64,000 nt of DNA from Paramoeba atlantica (taxonomy: Eukaryota; Protista; Discosea): assembly GCA_977017575.1 (NCBI GenBank), contig CDRNVI010000046.1:124001-188000 (forward strand), given 5' to 3'. The position numbers and the translations under genes were made by a program. The notes beneath the pieces were generated by a model that worked only from the letters and a program-made list of their open reading frames with translations, did not search any database and had not been told where the DNA came from. This document shows positions 22,056-33,059 of this stretch, piece after piece. Within the stretch, counting starts at the first letter, position 1. Every line of letters begins with the position of its first letter.

Positions 22056-24000
22056 TTACATCACACACTTTTCAATCTGTTTAATGTCAACTTCTTTACC
22101 CCGACTTATATGATCGGCCGGATTGTTCAACGTAGACACATATCTCGCCTCGACACAAATCCCACGTTTCTCAGTGTCTCGTATTATTTCTTTCAATTCC
22201 TTTGACACTCCTTCTGACTTCGATAATCTCCTGTTCAACGCTGCCTTACAGGAGGTGTTATCCACGAAGATATCCAAGCACGTTCCTTTGGGGGAGTGCA
22301 TAGCAAACTTTTTAATAGCTAAGCGGACCGCCATCGCTTCGGCCCGATTCACTTCATACTTAAAATTTTTCGGCCATGCCTCACCAGTAATTAATACCTC
22401 CCCAGAATCAAGGTAAATGATGGCCCCCCATCCCTTCGCAGAAGCATCCGTGTATAACTTGTGGTGGTGAGGAACGGTGTCAGGATGAGGAGGCGGGGGT
22501 CGGGGAAGATTGCATATCAATTCATTTCGCCATTCGGTAAGTGTAGAACGAGTAACTACCGGAAGATCAACTGGCTTGTCGATCAAATACGGACAGCGAT
22601 TTAATAAGTTGATCCTACGCTGCGCGACTTTCATCGCGAAATAAAAGCGTGGCATATTGAGCCGCAAGACTGCAGATCCATACAGAAGACGCCCCACCGC
22701 CGCCTCAAGATCACCAAAAGACAATTTATGAAATTTGTCTTTTTGCAGTTTACTGACCACTCTCGGTCCCAGGCAGACCGTATGAGTGTCGTGGTCGAAA
22801 GCCACCCCATTGAAAACATACTTCAAAGCAGGGGGCTGTCCGGCGTCTTTAAAGAGGCCGTTTGCTTTGGAACACCGCTCGTCAATAAAGCGAGCGTATT
22901 CGACGGCATCGTTCGCTGTCCCCGAAAAACGAACTCCGTCGACGTAAACGTCAGTGGCACCTCTGTGAAACGAGAAACGCTCCTGACACACCGACCTCTC
23001 GCCGGCAATTGCGGCGGTAACAGTGTGCATGATTTCTGGTGCGCAGCGATGACCCATGGGAAGAACGTTCATCTCGAAAACTTCGCCCAATGTCGATCGA
23101 AATCTAAACTTGGGCCGTGCCTTCAAGGGAATACTAATTTGGTAAAAACCACAAGTGAAGTCGCGCTTCACTGCCATAGCATCATGTGCTTTGTGTAGAT
23201 ATTTGGATGGGTGATACAGCGCAACTTCCGGTTCGTAATTTAAAAGCCTGTTGTTGTCATCTCGTGTCCAGGATATAAACCTGCGGCGTTGATTACCTTC
23301 ATCGTCGGTTTCAACCACTGTAAAGGGGATCATATATTGCATGGATGGTCTTTTGAGTAGGTCCTTCCCCGAAACCTTGCTTATAACGCCGGCGTCCTCA
23401 AGTAGACGTATGTCTTCCTCGGGCAAAGAACCACGTACCGAAGGCTCGGGGTACGGGCCTGTAGGAACCCATAAAAGTTCATTTAGTACCTTGCGAAAAC
23501 GTGTGGCTGCCGCAGGATTTAACCATTCCTTCACTTTGTCCAATTTAATCACCGGGATTGACTTTTTCACATGGAGGGGTAGACTCATATCCTTCGGTAT
23601 AGCGAGCCGCGAGCTACGGCGGGCACATATAACGGAGTGCCTACGGAGATAGGGGACTTCGTGAAAACACTTTGTAACATGAGAGGTTGTTAAAGTACCG
23701 GAAGGAGTGCAGACACTCGTTGTGTCCCGAGGGCCCGTGCCGTTGTAACGCTGTTTGCATTGTATCTGAGCAGTGATCCTATGTTCTGGTGTTTTGTTAG
23801 GTTTTGAACCTCCTGCATGCGCAAATTTCCGAGAGAGATTTCGTGAAACAGATGAGTGATTGCCCCCCTTTTGATAGAGTGCGTCCCGTACCCCTGACCG
23901 AGTATTGATCGTATTTGATGGTCCATCTCGCGGACTGTCGTGTAACAGAGTCGTTGCCCGGGGTTCATGCTTTGGATATGCTGCGCGAGTTCTGGCGTTC
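22056..24000 (-). CDS. RT/RNase H ORF of Y6 (5' part deleted)
   Basis: KRDFTCGFYQI, LPMGHRCAPE, DVYVDG, LYTDASAKGWG, EVNRAEA, FVDN, NPADHISR. Confidence 0.9.
23690..23968 (-). pseudogene. YR C-terminal fragment of Y6, overlapping ORF3
   Basis: HSIKRGA, LTKH, LLRY. Confidence 0.85.
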
Positions 24001-24201
24001 ACAAAAAACGCGTAAAGGAAAAGGATTCTACAAGTAAGTAATCAGTAAATATGTAAATTTTCAGAATACATATTGTAGCTTTTATACATGATTCAATTAC
24101 AACCCCCTTTCGGGGAAAAGAACAATGAAAATTATAACCCCCTTCCGGGGCATTTGACCCGATATTAGCCCCTCGGTTAAATTTCCATGCGTAGACTTCT
24201 A

Positions 24202-25261
24202 GATCCCAAACGAGGTCTGGTGCCATAGGGAAATGTCGAGCCGAATCTAACGTTCCTTTCCACGTCTCTATTATTCTCGCTTCTTCAGCTAATCCGGCCG
24301 GGGGTGCTTCAACTGCGGTTTCAATGGTCGTGTTTGTTTGTTCACTGTCTTCGACCTCCGATTCCCCAGCAGCATTGAAAACCGGAATCACATTATGGCT
24401 GATGCTCCCTCCAGCGCGTGTCGGGATTTCGTCGGGCGTAATACAGTCGGCAAAGGTCTGATCCTGTGTATCTGACTCCTTCGTCTCTCCTCTCATGCTC
24501 GGCGCTGGAGTCTCAATGCTTTTGACAACGGAGGATGTAGCCAAGTCCGACGAAGTGGGCGATGGGGCGCTGAATTGCTTTTCTTGAGCTTCGATCTCCG
24601 AGAGCCTTCGTTCGCGCTCCAATCTTTCTTCCGCAGTTGGGAAACCGTGTAGTGTCAGAAGACCTTTCCACACGGTTTTTCCGACGACGCCAGCAACTTT
24701 CCCGAGTGTTTCCAGACGAGAGGGTTCCAGAGTTGTTTGTTCTTTATCTCGGTGCAACCTGTGATCCTCAGGCTTCTTTTTCTGCATTATCACTTTGATT
24801 CGAGGCTTGCGGGGTGTCGGCAGCGGCAAGGGTAGTGGTGTCGGAGACGGCAATGGTGGTGGTAACACCGGGTCCGATCGCGGTGTATTCGTTTGGGGGG
24901 ACGACGGCTCCCGCAATGTGAGGGGCGGAGGTGGCGACGGCGAACGCGCTTCAGTCGGCGGAAGGGTCGTCGGCCCTCGAAATGCGAGCGGTGTAGGAGG
25001 CAACGAAGATCGCGGAGATGGCGGAGGCGTCGGCGCAGACGGCGGAGGTGAGGGTGCCCGAGGTGGCGATGGCGTCGATGGTGCGGGGGGTGGAGACTTC
25101 TTTGAGGGCGAAGCGGTCGGATGCGTCCCCACGACAGCGATGGTTGGAGGAGACTTTGGGGCAACAGGCGCTGTCTTTTTCCTGCGGCGAACGGGGGCGA
25201 GAGGCAAAATCACAGGAGCTACTCCTGTTTCCTTTGCCTTGGAGCGGGTGACCACTCCCAT
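24202..25261 (-). CDS. CRE-A ORF, N-terminal part (Pro-rich)
   Basis: MGVVTRSKAKETGVAP; in frame with 21275-18307 after removing Y6. Confidence 0.9.
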
Positions 25262-25810
25262 GAAGAAGTAAGAATAAGTAAGAAATCAACAAGACTTATG
25301 AACACGACTCATGGGACCGAGCAACCTATCCCTCGCATTTCTGAATCGGTGCGCCATCCCCCGTCAAGACTATCACCTCCGAGTACACAAGCCCGAAGCA
25401 TCCCTTGAAATCGCCCAGCAGTTCGACGCGGAAGTAGGCAGTATTATTCAGCATTGGTTTAATGCAACGGGCCCTACTGCAAAACTCGCCACACTTCCGC
25501 AATATCTCGGCGGACTCGGACTTACTCCGTCATGTTTGAAGATTTCGGTTTTATTCAGACACGGGGGTGTTGTATGAAATGCGCGTTTTGCCGATGGGGC
25601 ATCGGTGCGCCCCGGAATTGATGCACAGTCACGGCTACGATCTCCGGTATAAAGCTGTGAAGTTTTTTTTTTTTTTTATATACCATATGTATATTGCGAC
25701 GAAATGAGAACCGAACTTAATACAAAGTCTTTTTTTTTTTTACGTGACTCGATAAGTTCATCTCGCACATCAACTTCTTATCGACTTTACATCACAACTT
25801 GCGGGAGGAC

Positions 25811-28037
25811 GCAGACTAGTCCTCACGTTTCTCTTAGCTTTCCGTGAGCGCGAAGATTACTCATCCGGAAGTTGACGAAACCCAGCCGAGCTGAAAGGAG
25901 GTTTGGGCGCTCGAGGCCAGAAATCACAACCTGCGGATAAGACACCAACACGCTTCGCGCAGACAAGTCCTCATGGCACGTTTCCCGTAGCTTTCCGTGA
26001 GCGCGAAGATTACTCATCCGGAAGTTGACGAAACCCAGCCGAGCTGAAAGGAGGTTTGGGCGCTCGAGGCCAGAAATCACAACCTGCGGATAAGACACCA
26101 ACACGCTTCGCGCAGACAAGTCCTCATGGCACGTTTCCCGTAGCTTTCCGTGAGCGCGAAGATTACTCATCCGGAAGTTGACGAAACCCAGCCGAGCTGA
26201 AAGGAGGTTTGGGCGCTCGAGGCCAGAAATCACAACCTGCGGATAAGAAACCAACACGCTTCGCGCAGACAAGTCCTCATGGCACGTTTCCCGTAGCTTT
26301 CCGTGAGCGCGAAGATTACTCATCCGGAAGTTGACGAAACCCAGCCGAGCTGAAAGGAGGTTTGGGCGCTCGAGGCCAGAAATCACAACCTGCGGATAAG
26401 ACACCAACACGCTTCGCGCAGACAAGTCCTCATGGCACGTTTCCCGTAGCTTTCCGTGAGCGCGAAGATTACTCATCCGGAAGTTGACGAAACCCAGCCG
26501 AGCTGAAAGGAGGTTTGGGCGCTCGAGGCCAGAAATCACAACCTGCGGATAAGACACCAACACGCTTCGCGCAGACAAGTCCTCATGGTACGTTTCCCGT
26601 AGCTTTCCGTGAGCGCGAAGATTACTCATCCGGAAGTTGACGAAACCCAGCCGAGCTGAAAGGAGGTTTGGGCGCTCGAGGCCAGAAATCACAACCTGCG
26701 GATAAGACACCAACACGCTTCGCGCAGACAAGTCCTCATGGCACGTTTCCTGTAGATTTCCGTGAGCGCGAAGATTACTCATCCGGAAGTTGACGAAACC
26801 CAGCCGAGCTGAAAGGAGGTTTGGGCGCTCGAGGCCAGAAATCACAACCTGCGGATAAGACACCAACACGCTTCGCGCAGACAAGTCCTCATGGCACGTT
26901 TCCCGTAGCTTTCCGTGAGCGCGAAGATTACTCATCCGGAAGTTGACGAAACCCAGCCGAGCTGAAAGGAGGTTTGGGCGCTCGAGGCCAGAAATCACAA
27001 CCTGCGGATAAGAAACCAACACGCTTCGCGCAGACAAGTCCTCATGGCACGTTTCCCGTAGCTTTCCGTGAGCGCGAAGATTACTCATCCGGAAGTTGAC
27101 GAAACCCAGCCGAGCTGAAAGGAGGTTTGGGCGCTCGAGGCCAGAAATCACAACCTGCGGATAAGACACCAACACGCTTCGCGCAGACAAGTCCTCATGG
27201 CACGTTTCCCGTAGATTTCCGTGAGCGCGAAGATTACTCATCCGGAAGTTGACGAAACCCAGCCGAGCTGAAAGGAGGTTTGGGCGCTCGAGGCCAGAAA
27301 TCACAACCTGCGGATAAGACACCAACACGCTTCGCGCAGACAAGTCCTCATGGCACGTTTCCCGTAGCTTTCCGTGAGCGCGAAGATTACTCATCCGGAA
27401 GTTGACGAAACCAAGCCGAGCTGAAAGGAGGTTTGGGCGCTCGAGGCCAGAAATCACAACCTGCGGATAAGAAACCAACACGCTTCGCGCAGACAAGTCC
27501 TCATGGCACGTTTCCCGTAGCTTTCCGTGAGCGCGAAGATTACTCATCCGGAAGTTGACGAAACCCAGCCGAGCTGAAAGGAGGTTTGGGCGCTCGAGGC
27601 CAGAAATCACAACCTGCGGATAAGACACCAACACGCTTCGCGCAGACAAGTCCTCATGGCACGTTTCCTGTAGCTTTCCGTGAGCGCGAAGATTACTCAT
27701 CCGGAAGTTGACGAAACCCAGCCGAGCTGAAAGGAGGTTTGGGCGCTCGAGGCCAGAAATCACAACCTGCGGATAAGACACCAACACGCTTCGCGCAGAC
27801 AAGTCCTCATGGCACGTTTCCCGTAGCTTTCCGTGAGCGCGAAGATTACTCATCCGGAAGTTGACGAAACCCAGCCGAGCTGAAAGGAGGTTTGGGCGCT
27901 CGAGGCCAGAAATCACAACCTGCGGATAAGACACCAACACGCTTCGCGCAGACAAGTCCTCATGGCACGTTTCCCGTAGATTTCCGTGAGCGCGAAGATT
28001 ACTCATCCGGAAGTTGACGAAACCCAGCCGAGCTGAA
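25811..28037. repeat. 153-bp tandem satellite, about 14.5 copies
   Basis: Period 153 (gctttccgtgagc at 25837, 25990, ...); only a few SNP variants. Confidence 0.97.
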
Positions 28038-28301
28038 TTTTTTTTTTTTTTTTTTTAACCGCGGATGATGGCACGGAAGATAGCCACCACATGGACTGGG
28101 GTAATAAACAGTGGATTTTAAGAAATGTGATATAAGCCCCTCGGCTAAATTTCCATGCGTAGACTTCTAGATTTTAACCCATCTAACCTAAATTTATTCA
28201 TTACTAACAAAGGAAAAACCACTTAGAAAGCGAGAGCCATCTCACTCTCATCAGAAATAAACTTCTTCAACTGCGAAAAAGTCACAGCTCCGTTGAGTTC
28301 A
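28038..28301 (-). mobile_element. 5'-truncated CRE-A 3' end inserted in the 153-bp satellite
   Basis: Encodes ELNGAVTFSQLKKFISDESEMALAF*; poly(A) 28038-28056; TSD agctgaa at 28031 and 46609; carries a Y6-like terminal piece at about 28125-28171. Confidence 0.8.
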
Positions 28302-28837
28302 ATATAATAATAATAATAATAACAAAAGACTATACACATGCAACTTTCAACGTACACTCTCCTTAGCGCACTGAAACATCTATCCACATCACGAATAGGC
28401 CAAACCGCGGATTATGCGAATGGAGGTAGGAGACCTATCCTCTTTTGCAATTAGGAGAAAACGTGTACAAACGAGCACAAGCAAACCAGAACAATCTTAC
28501 AATTAGCCATTTTCAGCTCAATATTTCACCATCGATATTCAACGCGGTACCAAGGGTTAAGCAGTACGCAAGTTCTTGCCTTCATTGCCGCGTCATATGC
28601 CCGAAGAGCAACTCAGCGCCAACTTGTTCTCTGCTTGCCAAATAAACCACCGTATACTATCAATATTACGTACCCCACTCAGTGTTTTCGATGAGTACGG
28701 ATATTTAGCAATGAAATATACATAAATGCTCCAGAATATTATTAACGCGTTGGTAAATAAATGTACCAAGAGGACATAACACTCCTGAAAATAAGCGTTC
28801 CAGATTAATGCGCAAAGTTATACACAGCAAATTTCGA

Positions 28838-31800
28838 TTACATATAGCGGCTTTTCTTCACAAAAATGGGGGCATTCGTCAGTCTACCCCGTGATGTCTT
28901 GTACTGAGAAAACGTTACTGGATCCCCGGTATTAGCTTCTGGGTTGAGTGAACGAGCAATCCTGACTGTGCTGCCTTCTTCTGTATTTTTCAGTTTCCCT
29001 TTTTTCATATTCACTTTGTGTGGAGATTTTTCTTGGAGATCATGCTCCCTTTTTTGACCGTGATTAGATTTGTTTCCCTCCCTTTGCGTGTGAATGACGC
29101 ATGAAAAACGACGTGCAGCTGTTCTCTGTGCTTTGCGTGCTATTTCATCAGCTTTTTCATTGAAGGAATTCCCGCAGTGTGCCCGCACTTTAATAACGTA
29201 GAGACTACTATCTGTACAACGCTCTTTAATTGCTCCTTGTATCTGCGTGAGTAGGTCAGCATTTGGCATGCCACCGTATCCAATGATTGAAAAACGAACC
29301 CTAACATTATGATACCAGTCCCATACATAATGAGAATCAGTATGTATAACTGTGTTCCTCGTAGAAGACGAAGCTGCCTGAATGCCTAAAAGAAAGGAGC
29401 GAAGTTCAGCCCGATCCGGTGAAGTGCATTCCGGTGGTAAAACGTGTTGTCTGGTTCTTACACCATTTGAATTAACAATAACTATCCCCGAACCCGCGGC
29501 TGGTTTTCCTGCTTCTGAACTGACAGCCCCATCTACGTATATGTGTTCGGAATCAGCTGAGAGAGGAGAATGGTCCGTGCCTTCTTCAATTCCTTCGAGT
29601 ACTTTGTAGGTGGTAGTATCTAAGTCCTGGCATACCTTCTTCCAGGATCTAGAGCCGAAAACCATGTAGGATTTGTGAGATTCAAGATATTCACGCAAAA
29701 ATTTAACTCTCGACGCCCACCAATCCCGATCTCCCGCTAGGACATTGAGATCTTCGACATCTAGTTCCATGTCTTCAGCACATGCCTCTGATAGAGTGGG
29801 ACGATATTTCTTTCCTGTTGCTTTGCGCCATAGCATTACCGATTTGAAGGGATTATTGCCGCGGATCAGGTGTCCTAGCATTTGAACTCGGAGGACTCGA
29901 CATGCGTTAGAAAGTCGCATTCTGTTCCCATATAGTGCATCACATGGTGTACCTCTTGTACCATCCCAAGTACGAACCCCGAGCGCTAGTCTTCTCATTC
30001 GGTTCACTTCACAGTCAATTAAATCAGCGTCTTTTTTTATTAGGGAAAAGTTTCCACAGCCATACAGCAATAAAGGTGAAACCAGAGATTCGAATAAGTG
30101 AAATTTTGTGACAAGCGTGAGGCCTGATTTCCATAATGACTGTAGGCGATGTGTTGCAGCCCACGCTAAGTTAATTCGGTCTTCAAAGTTTACAATGACA
30201 CCCTTATTAGTAATTTTCAACCCCAAGTATCGATATTCGGTGATTCGAGGCACCAACCCCCCATTCGTTAGAATCAAGTCTCCTTGTGCGTCATTCACTT
30301 GACCTACTGTCATCCACGCAGTTTTATTTACACCAATGTTGAGACGTAAGTTGACTTTCGCAGCTGTTTGTTCCAGTCTTTCCATAACGCGATTCAAATT
30401 AGTAAGAGAGGGACATATGAGCACTAAATCATCCGCGTATGCTAAATAATTTAGACATTGCGCAGGCTTTCCTTGTCTTTTTGTGCCCGCCCTTCGCAAG
30501 ATAAGTCCGAACTCATTTTCCTTATACACTTCAGCCATGACTCGATCCAGAACCATGAGGAATAGGACAGGGGCCAAAACATCACCTTGAAGTGTGCCAC
30601 ACTGGATCGGAAACGTATCAGTAACTCCGCTTTTGCATCGTACAACTGCTTCTGTTTTTTCATACATAGACATTATCATGCTGCTGAGATGCTGCGGGAT
30701 GTGAAAGGCTTCCAGTGCAGCACGAATGGAGAAAAAGCTGACTGAAGGAAATGCCTGACGGAAATCCACGAAGCCTAGCGCAACACCAGGATTCTCACGA
30801 GACGCTTTCTGGCACAACTCAATGAGGGTTGCTTGTGCTCCCGTTGTTGCTCTATTGGGTCGGAATCCGTATTGACAATCACTTAATTGAGCATCCACTG
30901 TAGGAAGAATTCGATTTAGTATCATACGGTTCATGAGTTTTGCAGCGTGCACTATTAGACATATTGGTCTCCAATTGTTCATGTTGCCTAAGTCGCCTTT
31001 TTTCGGAACTGGGACTTGGATAACTCGTTTCCATGTCTGTGGCGCTCTTCCGCTCTCACGAACCATATTAATTAAATGTAGAAGAATAGATTGTATGAAC
31101 GGATCGCTGTTCAGTACTCGTAAGGCTTCAATTGGAATCGAGTCAATGCCTGGTGCTTTACCAGTTGCCATATCTTTAAGAGCAGTCGTCAATTCATTGA
31201 GATCAAACGGTCCATCAGATATAGGGATAAACGACTTTGGCGCTTCCGCAAATTTGATCTTGTTGTCTACCTCCTTTAGTTGCACAGTATTCTGAAAGTG
31301 TAATCGCACATTACATAATTGTTCGCTTTTTGTTTTTCCTGGCGGTCTGAGGCGTGATGAAGTGTGCCCAGTCATCATTTTAACATGTCTCCAAGAAGAA
31401 CGTTTGTATCTTTGAAAGTTTTGTTGTAGAGACAGGCATTCTTGAGTGATATTTTCATTCACGGTGATGCTATGTTCTTTTACTAGAGAATCGAACCTCT
31501 GCGGACTTTGAGACGTACGGAAAATGTCACGGATTCGCAACTGTGTAGTAGTTTCATCGTTTGAAGCAAACATGTTTATGTTTTTCTCCTTCGTTGGTAT
31601 AGATTCAGCAGCCATGATAATTGCTTTTTCCAATTTATCCCACAAAATATCACTTGGAAATATCACAGGCATTTCGGTTGACATTTTCTGGTTTGGCTCA
31701 TTTCGTCTTCTTTTCATCCCAACTATCTCCGCATGTTCGGTGTAGTTCTCTTTCACACGGCGTATGAAGTCCATACATATTTGTGGATCCTTTAACTGAT

Positions 31801-33043
31801 ACCACGGTAATCGCAAGCTACCGTCATTTACTGAAGCTTTCCAACGAAACTTAGTTTTTACTGTTACTATTTGATGTCGAGTCGGCACCGGGGGTTGGAG
31901 AACTCTGTGGCCATGTAAGGTAGTGACGAAACGTTTGTTGACAAGAATATGGTCTAGTTGTTTTACAGTTCCATTTTGAAAAGTATAAGTCCACTTCTTT
32001 CTGCTTGGGCAGGATGTATGTGCCGCGCGAGCCCCAAGCTCAGACAGTAAATTGGTAAGCCGATGTTGTGCCTTATTTTTACGCATTATTCGCTGACACT
32101 TATCTGTCAGTGGCGCATTAAGATCCCCCAGAACAAGTTTTATTTTCGCATTACTAAGATTCCATGCATCACGTAGATCATTGCAAAATTTCTCCTTTAC
32201 GTCATCTTTTGCCACCGCCGTGGGGGCATAAACATTGAATAGCACACCGTGGAATTTTGGTAAGTCTAGAGTAACCTGTTGGATCCGATCACTGATTCGC
32301 GACACAAGAGCAGGCTCAAATAGGCTTAGAATCATGAGTCCACCGTAACCTTTGATAGCGCCTTGAATATAAACATGAAATACGAACTTTCCATGACGAA
32401 TTGTCTGATGTGCAATGTTTTGAATGATATCGGTTTGTACACGAGTTTCCTGAAGGCAACAGAGGGCAAGGCCTCGCTCGACCATGTACGACATAATTTC
32501 CCGTAGTCGTGTCGATTTGCGAAGGGAGAAATAATCAGTTCCCTTTAGTTTCAGGGTAGTGACGTTTAGAGTTGCAAGATGTAGCGTCTTGTTCGTGGCA
32601 ATGGGGTTAGATTCCTCGACCGCCGGGGAGCCATTCCGACGGGGAAGTCGGGCAGAACGGTGCTTCCTACATTTCTTCTTACGGGGGGGTGCCACGCGGC
32701 CCGCACAGATCGCTACTCGTGGGTCTATAGGGGGAAAAGGAAACGATACTCCAGGACAACAGTCATAGCGAATACGCCATAGACCATTTTTGGCCCGAAA
32801 TTTCGCAGTCCCTTGCCACATCTTTAGCCTTTGAGCAAACGACCAGCGCCAGACCACAGCGACACGAGACCCCGCACGAATCGTGTTGGACATACTGGTT
32901 ACCGCACGATCACGGAGTTTTGCTACGCCAACCTTTGACTTTGATGGCCAAAAATTGACGCCCCGACCTAACCTGGACCGACCAATAAGAGCAACCGGGT
33001 CAGAACACCGCTTTCTCTCATTGACCGTGCCGGAGGTATCCAT
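28838..33043 (-). CDS. Intact 1401-aa APE endonuclease - RT - RNase H polyprotein (ingi/L1Tc-like domain order)
   Basis: APE: TLNV, LQETR, NVYAPT, GDLNA, LDHI. RT: APGIDS, WRPICL, QYGFRP, DFRQAF, QGD, YADD, YLG. RNase H: YVDG, RAEL, HTDS, KVRAH, NEKAD. Confidence 0.95.
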   Translation of the reverse strand: MDTSGTVNERKRCSDPVALIGRSRLGRGVNFWPSKSKVGVAKLRDRAVTSMSNTIRAGSRVAVVWRWSFAQRLKMWQGTAKFRAKNGLWRIRYDCCPGVSFPFPPIDPRVAICAGRVAPPRKKKCRKHRSARLPRRNGSPAVEESNPIATNKTLHLATLNVTTLKLKGTDYFSLRKSTRLREIMSYMVERGLALCCLQETRVQTDIIQNIAHQTIRHGKFVFHVYIQGAIKGYGGLMILSLFEPALVSRISDRIQQVTLDLPKFHGVLFNVYAPTAVAKDDVKEKFCNDLRDAWNLSNAKIKLVLGDLNAPLTDKCQRIMRKNKAQHRLTNLLSELGARAAHTSCPSRKKWTYTFQNGTVKQLDHILVNKRFVTTLHGHRVLQPPVPTRHQIVTVKTKFRWKASVNDGSLRLPWYQLKDPQICMDFIRRVKENYTEHAEIVGMKRRRNEPNQKMSTEMPVIFPSDILWDKLEKAIIMAAESIPTKEKNINMFASNDETTTQLRIRDIFRTSQSPQRFDSLVKEHSITVNENITQECLSLQQNFQRYKRSSWRHVKMMTGHTSSRLRPPGKTKSEQLCNVRLHFQNTVQLKEVDNKIKFAEAPKSFIPISDGPFDLNELTTALKDMATGKAPGIDSIPIEALRVLNSDPFIQSILLHLINMVRESGRAPQTWKRVIQVPVPKKGDLGNMNNWRPICLIVHAAKLMNRMILNRILPTVDAQLSDCQYGFRPNRATTGAQATLIELCQKASRENPGVALGFVDFRQAFPSVSFFSIRAALEAFHIPQHLSSMIMSMYEKTEAVVRCKSGVTDTFPIQCGTLQGDVLAPVLFLMVLDRVMAEVYKENEFGLILRRAGTKRQGKPAQCLNYLAYADDLVLICPSLTNLNRVMERLEQTAAKVNLRLNIGVNKTAWMTVGQVNDAQGDLILTNGGLVPRITEYRYLGLKITNKGVIVNFEDRINLAWAATHRLQSLWKSGLTLVTKFHLFESLVSPLLLYGCGNFSLIKKDADLIDCEVNRMRRLALGVRTWDGTRGTPCDALYGNRMRLSNACRVLRVQMLGHLIRGNNPFKSVMLWRKATGKKYRPTLSEACAEDMELDVEDLNVLAGDRDWWASRVKFLREYLESHKSYMVFGSRSWKKVCQDLDTTTYKVLEGIEEGTDHSPLSADSEHIYVDGAVSSEAGKPAAGSGIVIVNSNGVRTRQHVLPPECTSPDRAELRSFLLGIQAASSSTRNTVIHTDSHYVWDWYHNVRVRFSIIGYGGMPNADLLTQIQGAIKERCTDSSLYVIKVRAHCGNSFNEKADEIARKAQRTAARRFSCVIHTQREGNKSNHGQKREHDLQEKSPHKVNMKKGKLKNTEEGSTVRIARSLNPEANTGDPVTFSQYKTSRGRLTNAPIFVKKSRYM

Positions 33044-33059
33044 GGCCTTATTATAACGA

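Larger units (their letters stand above)
21276..24201 (-). mobile_element. Gag-less YR retrotransposon (family Y6) inserted in the CRE-A ORF
   Basis: B 21276-21514 and 21713-21951; A 21512-21712 and 24001-24201; GA at both junctions; host reads LVWD|QSKMSK when it is removed. Confidence 0.92.
18109..25304 (-). mobile_element. Full-length CRE-A RLE non-LTR retrotransposon containing a nested YR element
   Basis: Poly(A) tail 18109-18125; TSD cgactca(t) at 18102 and 25305; 43-nt 5' UTR. Confidence 0.92.
13243..25545 (+). mobile_element. CRE-B non-LTR element broken by three nested insertions (14786-15704, 16024-17542, 18109-25304)
   Basis: Coding pieces rejoin: ADDEES|STALCHML, AIDY|KNAYNTP, FRRLRL|MGPSNLSL; RT motifs GVRQGSALS and RAYMDD. 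Confidence 0.9.

Noticed and set aside
25823-28006. 727-aa ORF of 51-aa repeats (and 46606-47202)
   Set aside because: A by-product of a 153-bp unit (multiple of 3) with no stop in one frame; alternative start codon and no protein-like features.
25811-28037. 153-bp repeat as a spliced-leader RNA gene array (the classic CRE target)
   Set aside because: On the minus strand AG|GT and an Sm-like ATTTCTGG are only a few nt apart, too close for an SL RNA, and only one of four CRE-A insertions is in it.
32600-32640. 2A-like peptide VEESNPIA before the APE domain
   Set aside because: It lacks the essential D and GP of D(V/I)ExNPGP; the position is suggestive but the match is only 4 of 8.
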